The position numbers and the translations under genes are program-made. Source: a virus (Duplodnaviria; Caudoviricetes). From it: 35,911 nt of DNA. The stretch is from IMG/VR virus record IMGVR_UViG_3300030397_000329, positions 1-35,911 of that record; one strand, 5' to 3'. How positions within the stretch are numbered: position 1 is the stretch's first letter; each line of letters opens with the position of its first letter. Shown in pieces: positions 8,206 through 14,961 of this stretch. Under the pieces are notes generated by a model. That model was not told the origin of the DNA, did not search any database, and saw only the letters and a list, made by a program, of their open reading frames with translations.

Positions 8206-8504
8206 ACGAGCACCCCCACAACCATGAAGTTGCTCGCCACGACCAGCCCGTAAACAGCAACGATGAACGTGAGCGTGGCCGTAGCGAGTTTCGGTGCGTA
8301 GCGGGCACCGTATTTGACCATCAGGAATAGGATCAGGGGGGTGACTACTAGTTTCAGGACTACACCGGATGGGGCTCCTGCAATGTTGACCATCAGCGGG
8401 TTGTTTTCGACTCCGCCTAGGGCGAGGACTAGCCGGGTGGATATGAGGTCGAGGGCTGCTAACAGTCCCGCCCCAATGGCCGCCGTTTTGATAGTTGTAC
8501 TCAT
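8202..8504 (-). CDS. Membrane protein, DUF5658-like
   Basis: LDLISTRLVLALGGVENNPLM resembles the D-x3-T...E-x-NP motif; three hydrophobic segments. Confidence 0.6.
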   Translation of the reverse strand: MSTTIKTAAIGAGLLAALDLISTRLVLALGGVENNPLMVNIAGAPSGVVLKLVVTPLILFLMVKYGARYAPKLATATLTFIVAVYGLVVASNFMVVGVLV

Positions 8505-8599
8505 TTCCCCTCCAATTGGCTGATCTTGTAAACGTTCAGCCGGTTGTTGATTTTGGTGACTACTGGCTTTGAAACCCGAACTATGAAACGGCGGATCAT
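8501..8599 (-). CDS. Small basic hypothetical protein (32 aa, MIRRFIVRVSK...)
   Basis: Read manually; ATGA overlaps at both ends fill the gap exactly. Confidence 0.5.
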   Translation of the reverse strand: MIRRFIVRVSKPVVTKINNRLNVYKISQLEGK

Positions 8600-8751
8600 T
8601 GTTTTTCTCTCTCGGTTGGTAGTGGCAACCCGAGTTTGTTCAGGTTGTAGTAAACGCCTTGCCGGGTCATCCCCAACAGTTTGCTTATCTGAATTACGGT
8701 GAGCCCCGTTTCGTATAGTTTGCGGACTTCGCCGCTCCGGTCACTTGACAT
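8596..8751 (-). CDS. Small HTH DNA-binding protein (Cro-like)
   Basis: GLTVIQISKLLGMTRQGVYYNL HTH; first gene after the early promoter. Confidence 0.75.
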   Translation of the reverse strand: MSSDRSGEVRKLYETGLTVIQISKLLGMTRQGVYYNLNKLGLPLPTEREKQ

Positions 8752-8792
8752 TTCACTTGACAAAGTACAGCACCCCAATATTCATGTCAAGT
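8741..8792 (-). promoter_or_regulatory. Early promoter with overlapping operator-like repeats
   Basis: TTGACA (8785-8790), 17 nt, TACTTT (8762-8767); TCACTTGACA repeated at 8741 and 8753, inverted relative to TGTCAAGT at 8785. Confidence 0.7.
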
Positions 8793-8868
8793 ACCCACCC
8801 GTTTGGGTTGTCTAGGGGTACAATGATCGTCGATTGACAGTCGAGCTATCACGCTCAGCCAGCAATAA

Positions 8869-8917
8869 GAAAAACCCCCCGCACTGGCCCTTAGCGGGCA
8901 GGAACGGGGGGTTTTTC
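8869..8917 (-). terminator. Intrinsic terminator ending the late/lysis operon (potentially bidirectional)
   Basis: GAAAAACCCCCCG...CGGGGGGTTTTTC inverted repeat with T-tracts on both strands. Confidence 0.8.
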
Positions 8918-8921
8918 GCAG

Positions 8922-8993
8922 CGGGTTGGGCGATCTCCGAGGGGAAAGCGGCTCGGATGGGTGGGAGGGAAACACCCTGGGGCGCCCAACCCG
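8922..8993 (-). ncRNA. Candidate structured RNA, three-way junction with two pyrimidine-rich loops
   Basis: 11-bp closing stem 8922-8932/8983-8993; inner hairpins TCCGAG/CTCGGA and GGGTG/CACCC. Confidence 0.4.
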
Positions 8994-9008
8994 GACTTGT
9001 TCAGTAGA

Positions 9009-9989
9009 TCAACTACCGAAACTTGCTACAGGATCCAAAATGTCGTAGTAAACGAACCCGGTGATGGTCGGACCGTCAACAGGCAAATCTTGCACCACCA
9101 AAACAATCTGCCGTTCATAAACAGTGTGGGGGGTTCCACCAACACCATTAAAATCAGTGAACGGGACAGTGGTCAAACCGCCGTCTTGGAACACGAACCC
9201 ACCTTGCTTCTTCACGGTGTTCGTATACGACCGGTCCTCGACCACAACACCATCAACGATTATGGGTATCAGGGGGCGCACCTCGTCGAACGACCCGGCC
9301 GGCCCGTATTCAGTGGTCCCGGACGGAACCTGAAATTGGCGTTGAGGGTCGGTTGGATGATTAGGGTCTCCACTGGTGCACATTCCGCCATAACCAAGGT
9401 TGGTCTGTTGGATTTCCCACATCTTCGAATCGTTGATTCGAACATACTGATCTGTTGAGGGGTCAAGGTCGTCGGGGTTGGCGTTATGGAAGAGGACCCT
9501 TGCCACAACTAAGCCCTTGTTTTCCCCTTCGATATCGACGAGAAACATGTACGCACCGGCGTAACCGGCCCGATCACCCGAAATCCACCCGTATCCATTA
9601 CCGAGATTGTGAAGGTATGGGGCTACCCAAAGAAACCCTCCGCCCTGAGTTAGAGAAACTTCGATGTCGAACTTTGACTTTGGGTTTCCGCTTCGGTCGA
9701 ATTTGTCGATCTTAATAGTGTTCAGCACACACTGGTCGGCTTGGAAAGGTGGAACAATTGTTGTCGTCGTCGTAGACGGGGTTGTGGTGGTTGTAGACGG
9801 TGAAGTTGTTGAAGTCGTTGAGGAGGTTGTTGATGTGGTCGTAGAGGTCGTTGTCGTTCCGCACACCCACACCCCCAGTTCTGACACTTCCACGCAGTGA
9901 GCGTCCGCGGGCGGTTGGGAACCAGTAACAGCGTAAGCGACCCCAACGAACAGGACCGACACCAGGGTTCCCGCCAACAACTTTTTCAC
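9009..9989 (-). CDS. Secreted protein with long Thr/Ser linker
   Basis: MKKLLAGTLVSVLFVGVAYA signal peptide, Thr/Ser tract of about 35 residues, beta-rich C-terminal domain; start inferred. Confidence 0.7.
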   Translation of the reverse strand: MKKLLAGTLVSVLFVGVAYAVTGSQPPADAHCVEVSELGVWVCGTTTTSTTTSTTSSTTSTTSPSTTTTTPSTTTTTIVPPFQADQCVLNTIKIDKFDRSGNPKSKFDIEVSLTQGGGFLWVAPYLHNLGNGYGWISGDRAGYAGAYMFLVDIEGENKGLVVARVLFHNANPDDLDPSTDQYVRINDSKMWEIQQTNLGYGGMCTSGDPNHPTDPQRQFQVPSGTTEYGPAGSFDEVRPLIPIIVDGVVVEDRSYTNTVKKQGGFVFQDGGLTTVPFTDFNGVGGTPHTVYERQIVLVVQDLPVDGPTITGFVYYDILDPVASFGS

Positions 9990-10049
9990 ACTGCCAAACA
10001 TTATGCAACTCCTCTGCAATTCTTAACTTTATGCGTTCCAATAAAAACT

Positions 10050-10841
10050 TCATAATCCCACCGTCCCGGCGTGTTTGCTGCCAATAGACTGCCAACCCCT
10101 ATATTCACGTTTACAGCCTTCGCACCTGAATTTCGGGTAGTTGTTCACCTTCGTCCGGTAAACTCCGCTACGGGCCCGCTCGGTCGCCCCACAGTACGGG
10201 CAAAGTTCCTCCCGCCATTCAGCTGCATCAACCAACCGAGGTAGGGTTTTAGCGTAAGGGGCGATAGCGTGAAACACATGCTCCAATAAGACAACGTCCT
10301 GCCGGTTGTACGCCTCCATCTCTTTCAACGCTGACACTTCCCCGTAGAAAGCTCGACGCCACAACCCAAAATCAGTGTGAAGTTTCTCCCCGAACCCGAG
10401 TTTCTGAGCTAAATAATTCAGGTTGTTGTACGGAAGGTCGAACGACTGGCGGGCAACCGACAGGGTGTCTATCATTTGAACGTTACCCAACGGAGCCAGT
10501 TTGTTGACCAGCAGCCGGGCGTTGACCCGCTTGTAATCGAACCTGTTGCCGTTGTGAGCGACCACATACGGTGCTTCCCTCATCAAATCGGCTAACCCGC
10601 CAACGATCCGAGTGTCGTCTTGCGCTTTCGCTTCCTTCTGTGTGACCCTACCCGACAGCACCTGCGACGAATCGGACCATTTAGCCGACCAACACAATAA
10701 GAAACGGTCGTCCGATTCGTTCATCGGTCCAGCCACATACTCCGTTTTGGGTTGCCAGTGGAACGAAAGCATCGGCGCGGTTTCAATGTCGTAAAACAGT
10801 AACCGCACCCGGCGAGGGTATAACTCGTCGAATTCACTCAT
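10050..10841 (-). CDS. DnaQ/RNase H-like (DEDD) exonuclease with C-terminal Zn ribbon
   Basis: FYDIET, AHNGNRFD, IDTL, YNRQDV motifs; CPYC...CEGC. Confidence 0.85.
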   Translation of the reverse strand: MSEFDELYPRRVRLLFYDIETAPMLSFHWQPKTEYVAGPMNESDDRFLLCWSAKWSDSSQVLSGRVTQKEAKAQDDTRIVGGLADLMREAPYVVAHNGNRFDYKRVNARLLVNKLAPLGNVQMIDTLSVARQSFDLPYNNLNYLAQKLGFGEKLHTDFGLWRRAFYGEVSALKEMEAYNRQDVVLLEHVFHAIAPYAKTLPRLVDAAEWREELCPYCGATERARSGVYRTKVNNYPKFRCEGCKREYRGWQSIGSKHAGTVGL

Positions 10842-11067
10842 CGAGCACCCTACGAACGTACCCTTTCACCGTGTCAACGCTGCGGGGTGCGTCATCAGGA
10901 AACCCGTTTTTGAAAACTTTGAACACCGCATTCCAGTTCGGTTCGCGGCCCCTCGAACGAATATCGTCCACCAGGGCGTTCAACCAGTCGGTGGCCTCGT
11001 CCGATTTCGGAGCCCACGGGCCAGTGGTGCTTGTGTATAGGTTGTCGAAGTTGATGTCCCTCGCCAT
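10834..11067 (-). CDS. Hypothetical protein
   Basis: 77-aa ORF overlapping the exonuclease start. Confidence 0.6.
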   Translation of the reverse strand: MARDINFDNLYTSTTGPWAPKSDEATDWLNALVDDIRSRGREPNWNAVFKVFKNGFPDDAPRSVDTVKGYVRRVLDE

Positions 11068-11079
11068 CACAAACCCCGG

Positions 11080-11259
11080 TTAAAGTTGGGGTCGGTTAGG
11101 TACAGCCCAAACAATCCCGTAGGATCCGAGAACGTTCAGGGCTACGGTCAACCATTCGACCGTGTTCACGTCGGAGAACGTTTCGTTGCCTTGGAGGACG
11201 AGCAGAAGCGAACCTATCGCTGCCGCCGCGCCCGCTGCTACGGCTTTGGCTATTTCCAT
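11080..11259 (-). CDS. Holin-like membrane protein (59 aa)
   Basis: Read manually: MEIAKAVAAGAAAAIGSLLLVLQGNETFSDVNTVEWLTVALNVLGSYGIVWAVPNRPQL; two TM segments, VPN end, GAGG RBS, near the endolysin. Confidence 0.65.
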   Translation of the reverse strand: MEIAKAVAAGAAAAIGSLLLVLQGNETFSDVNTVEWLTVALNVLGSYGIVWAVPNRPQL

Positions 11260-11337
11260 GATTACCTCGCTTTTGTGGGGTGTCCACTACCAGACGGGAA
11301 AAAGAAACGTGTTAGAACGAAGATTTGACCAGGGGTT

Positions 11338-11550
11338 TTACACAAAACCTTTCGGGTGGCAGGGACAGTTCGTTTGGGCTGCACCCTTCCACTTACAGTT
11401 CCGCCGCGGGTCATCTGGCCGGTTTTCGCTGCCGCCCCAATGCCCGTCACAGAACCAGCAGAACACCATTCGTCGGTTCCTACCATTGATAACCGCAGAG
11501 TAAGCGTCGAACGGTCTACCACACTTACACGGCTGGTGTGTGACGCTCAT
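11338..11550 (-). CDS. Small Cys-rich hypothetical protein
   Basis: 70 aa with 7 Cys; ATGA overlap. Confidence 0.55.
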   Translation of the reverse strand: MSVTHQPCKCGRPFDAYSAVINGRNRRMVFCWFCDGHWGGSENRPDDPRRNCKWKGAAQTNCPCHPKGFV

Positions 11551-11801
11551 CCTGCCAGGAACTGTTCCAGTTGACGTTCGATCCTGCGCACCATGTCTTT
11601 CACGGACGTACCACCATTATAAGAAAGCTCCTCCTGTAAGGGGAGGATAGCTTCAGTAATGTCTTGTTTCCAACGGTCCTGCAGCGAATCGCCGATTTGG
11701 GAAACAACCTGAGCGGCTATCGCCCGGATAGCGTACTTAGTGAACCATAACAGAAAGGCGGCTGTGAGAACCCCGGCGACCACCCACAGTTGTTGGCTCA
11801 T
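11547..11801 (-). CDS. Lysis-cassette membrane protein (single TM, coiled coil)
   Basis: N-terminal TM and NGGTSVKD motif common in actinophage lysis cassettes. Confidence 0.65.
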   Translation of the reverse strand: MSQQLWVVAGVLTAAFLLWFTKYAIRAIAAQVVSQIGDSLQDRWKQDITEAILPLQEELSYNGGTSVKDMVRRIERQLEQFLAG

Positions 11802-12610
11802 TCCGACCGGTTCACAATTTTAGCGTCGGTCCGGTCGGCAGTGTCCTCTGGTAGAACCTGCCGCAAATAGTGGGAAAGGTTCGACTCAGTGTGTCTTAAA
11901 ACTTGTGCCCCGTCTTCCCGCTGTCCAATACCTATAACATTATGAACTTCGCTCAACAACACGATCAGCTGGTCAAGTTTGGCTTCCTGTTCGGGTGTCA
12001 TCACATCTCCTATTAGTTTAAGTGTGTCTGCTCGAATCTGATGCATGGGGTTAGTGAACCCATCCCATTTCGGGTCTGGTTTTCTTACCGTCCACTCCCG
12101 GTGACCCAACAACCGGGTCGCCGGATTCCACCCCATGTGCTCGCAGATAACCGCATTAGTTCTGATGAGAGCATCACGTTGAACACCAACAATCGGCCCG
12201 CCATCACCCTTATGTTGCACTTCTATATCAATGAAATACGGGTTACCCAATATCCGGTCGTCGGGGTCAGTATCAGTAGGAGGTTGAATCGGCCAGTCAT
12301 TAAGTACGCGCGTCAGGACCTTAGGGTCGCCCTGCCCTGAATCATACGCGTAGCCAGCGTTCAACACGGCCACGGTCCCATCGGGTTTGATCGTAATATT
12401 ACACGAATCCTCTAACCGGGTGTTTGTCCACCAGGGAGGATCAGGATAATTATAAAGGATCGACGACCCCGCCGTGTGATGGTTCAACAACCCAACCGGA
12501 TTATACGAGTTTGATGTTGGGGAGCTCCGGGTTTTCCACCCAGTGTGTTCCTCAACGTCTAATCCTGCTTCTGTGAGAGCATCAGCAAGCCAAACCAGTG
12601 GGAGTGCCAT
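11798..12610 (-). CDS. Endolysin, N-acetylmuramoyl-L-alanine amidase
   Basis: WLADAL...GWKTR, HHTAG, IEVQH, GHREW, KPDP amidase_2 motifs. Confidence 0.85.
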   Translation of the reverse strand: MALPLVWLADALTEAGLDVEEHTGWKTRSSPTSNSYNPVGLLNHHTAGSSILYNYPDPPWWTNTRLEDSCNITIKPDGTVAVLNAGYAYDSGQGDPKVLTRVLNDWPIQPPTDTDPDDRILGNPYFIDIEVQHKGDGGPIVGVQRDALIRTNAVICEHMGWNPATRLLGHREWTVRKPDPKWDGFTNPMHQIRADTLKLIGDVMTPEQEAKLDQLIVLLSEVHNVIGIGQREDGAQVLRHTESNLSHYLRQVLPEDTADRTDAKIVNRSE

Positions 12611-13155
12611 TAGTAGGGGACCACAACAATACGACGGTTAGAGAAAGTGCCCGTCCCCGCAGTCACACGATACTCGAGTTTGAACGTGGTCGAACCCGAC
12701 GACAAACCAGTGTGCATGTAATTCCAGGTTGCCATAAGGTTATCGTTAGCGTTACCAGACTCGTACAAGAGGGCCCTGTTATCAGCGGATGACACAGTAG
12801 ACGCACCACTAATATCCACACTGACAAGGTTCAGTGCGCCAGCCGTCGAGTTGAACACGCGAGCGGAAACAAAAATCATGGCCCTAGACTGAACGGTTAC
12901 GGTCACTGACGGACCAGACGTTGATAGGTTCGTGAACGAGGTCGACGCGGTCGTTTCCGAAGTTAACACTTCGTCGGTGTCAGCACGAGCAACGGTGATA
13001 GCGTTCGCCCCCGTCGCCACAAAATACTGGCCGGCAATAGCAGCCTTAGCTGGGGCTGTCTCCAACAGGTTATCCCGAACGTGCGAATTCATGTGGCTTG
13101 CGGTAACTACCTCTGACGTGACCCAGGTGCGTTATCGAGGCGCTGTCCACGCCAT
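12610..13155 (-). CDS. Minor tail/virion protein interrupted by in-frame TAA at 13132-13134
   Basis: MAWTAPR*RTWVTSEVVTASHMNSHVRDNL...; G-rich RBS before ATG 13155; continuous frame with ORF 12610..13092. Confidence 0.75.
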
Positions 13156-13159
13156 AAGA

Positions 13160-13702
13160 TCACCCCACCCCTTCTGCCGCCAAGAGAGAGTCCTGAGCCC
13201 TGCGGCTGACCCTGGACTTCCGGGTGTTCTCCCGATTGCACGCCCGACAAAGACGCGCAGGAGTCGGCCGGTTTTCATAGGTGTAAACGTTGTTCTCGGT
13301 GAACTCGTGGCCTCGCTTACAGAACCGTTTCCTATCAGCAAAGAGGCCTTCCCATTCGTGCCTGAGCGCCATCGCTTCGGCAACCTGGTCACGCTTCTCG
13401 AGGATGAACGGGAGAAGCGCCCGAACTGCCTGCTTGGTGTCCTCTATACCGTCGGCGTGCCAATACCACATCGGCCGTGTGCCGAGATTCTGTCGCTTGC
13501 GTCGATAACGAATCGTTCCGCAGCCAACAGCGTCACGGAAACGCTCGAGAGACGCCGGAGGGGTCGTCTTGCTGTCCCCCGATTGGCCGACGCTCATATT
13601 TAGGTACACGGCCCCACCGTTCCTAGCGGCCACGCCAGCAGATATCGAACCCTCGCCGTCGAAGAACCCGGCAGCCCACGCAAGCTCGATTTCCCGGCTC
13701 AC
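13160..13702 (-). CDS. Free-standing LAGLIDADG homing endonuclease with C-terminal Cys/His domain
   Basis: ELAWAAGFFDGEGSI motif; CKRGHEF...N...CRAC; GGAGG RBS and GTGA overlap. Confidence 0.85.
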   Translation of the reverse strand: MSREIELAWAAGFFDGEGSISAGVAARNGGAVYLNMSVGQSGDSKTTPPASLERFRDAVGCGTIRYRRKRQNLGTRPMWYWHADGIEDTKQAVRALLPFILEKRDQVAEAMALRHEWEGLFADRKRFCKRGHEFTENNVYTYENRPTPARLCRACNRENTRKSRVSRRAQDSLLAAEGVG

Positions 13703-14040
13703 AAGTCCTCCCACAGCCCGTGTTCGATGTTCTCCGCTAACAGTTCGTCGACGGTTTCACCGTGCCAGTTCTGGTTAGGCGGGTTTCTTTTCGCTAGCAG
13801 CGTTTCAATTTCGCCGCGTTGTTTCTTCGTCGGGAAACCCACTTTGTGTTCCGCTCCGCACGAACCGCACAGCATGGTTTCGCCGGGGGTTACAAGCTCC
13901 GCCCCGTTGCACGGGCAGTCGGCAACCCAGCGGCCGTGGTTCAAATATGCGGTGACGGTTTCCCCCTTGAACGTGGCAACCCCAGCTTTCGCGAGGGTTG
14001 CTTCGATGCGGACCCGATGGTATTTAGTCGCGGTTTGCAC
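13699..14040 (-). CDS. Hypothetical Zn-binding protein of tail modules
   Basis: NHGRWVADCPC...CGSC...NWHGETVDELLAEN; GTG start at 14040 inferred. Confidence 0.65.
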   Translation of the reverse strand: MQTATKYHRVRIEATLAKAGVATFKGETVTAYLNHGRWVADCPCNGAELVTPGETMLCGSCGAEHKVGFPTKKQRGEIETLLAKRNPPNQNWHGETVDELLAENIEHGLWEDL

Positions 14041-14440
14041 GCTGCCCCCTAATAAACTCGTCGAACCCTTCCGGTTTCGGTCTAGTTGCTGCGTTCCACG
14101 GTCGGACCGGCGCACCCGCGGCGACAGCCCGCAAATCTTCGTCGCCGTCCTTCGTCACCGTTTTCAAACCTAGATTGGCGCGGTTCTGCCGGTTCTTCGT
14201 CAACCCGTCGCGGAACTCGACGAACAACTCGAGGATTTCATTGGCGGAAGCGTCGTGGAAGAACGCGTAGCGGAGCCGGTTGTACGCTTTCTCTTGGTCG
14301 CCCTGTATCACCCGGCCGTCCACGTTGGCGCGGCGGTGTTTGACCTGGTGGTGCCAAATTTCGTCCAACCACTGTTCGGTCAGATGGTAGAACCGGTTGT
14401 TGTGTTTGATGTTGTACCCGTCGGCGGTTCGTTGGATCAT
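14024..14440 (-). CDS. Hypothetical protein
   Basis: 138-aa ORF overlapping both neighbours. Confidence 0.6.
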   Translation of the reverse strand: MIQRTADGYNIKHNNRFYHLTEQWLDEIWHHQVKHRRANVDGRVIQGDQEKAYNRLRYAFFHDASANEILELFVEFRDGLTKNRQNRANLGLKTVTKDGDEDLRAVAAGAPVRPWNAATRPKPEGFDEFIRGQRANRD

Positions 14441-14961
14441 CTAGTACCCACCACGATTCCGTTAATAATCCCGAAGTTGGCAGAATTGGAACCAGCAGAC
14501 AACGCCACTTCCATTGTCACGGCGAGGGTTGACCCTGCCACACCAATCAAATCGTCCACTCGCGACATCATCATCGACTGAGTTGAGTTATTCGGAACGA
14601 ACTGAGAGACACCCCCCCGTACTTCACCCTCGATTTCGATACCAGGGTAAACGGTGTAGTCAGACCCTGACGTGTTCGTTATTTGGAATCTGCCCATAGC
14701 GAACACGGACACATTGTCAACCCACGACGGAACATCAAACGTAATATCGGTGAACGTTTGGAATGTGGTGTCTAACGATTCGTTCGTGAACGCCCTACCT
14801 TGAAACGTGGTGGACCATACCGGGTCGTCTATCTTGTCGGGGAACGTCACCGCCAAATCAGGAATCTTCGCCGTAACAACCGCCTCGTCCACAATATGAT
14901 CCGTGTGGACAGCCTCCCGGCGGATATCGTACCGTCCGACCTGACCATTAGAAGTAGGCAT
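14437..14961 (-). CDS. Minor tail protein
   Basis: IVDEAVVTAKIPDLAVT repeat-like stalk and beta-rich C-terminus; position after distal tail gene. Confidence 0.6.
   Translation of the reverse strand: MPTSNGQVGRYDIRREAVHTDHIVDEAVVTAKIPDLAVTFPDKIDDPVWSTTFQGRAFTNESLDTTFQTFTDITFDVPSWVDNVSVFAMGRFQITNTSGSDYTVYPGIEIEGEVRGGVSQFVPNNSTQSMMMSRVDDLIGVAGSTLAVTMEVALSAGSNSANFGIINGIVVGTR

Noticed and set aside
9712-10053. ORF MKFLLERIKLR... overlapping the secreted-protein gene
   Set aside because: Most of it overlaps a better-supported gene in another frame; cannot be supported
6269-13134. Stop-codon reassignment or Sec/Pyl readthrough as the cause of the internal stops
   Set aside because: TGA and TAA both terminate many other genes normally, no tRNA gene was seen, and readthrough would leave two extra residues in the motifs
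13502-13510. 9-nt complement of the tail hop site (CGUUAUCGA) inside the LAGLIDADG mRNA
   Set aside because: Short, found post hoc, with no equally good counterpart inside the HNH; could be chance, though worth including in folding tests
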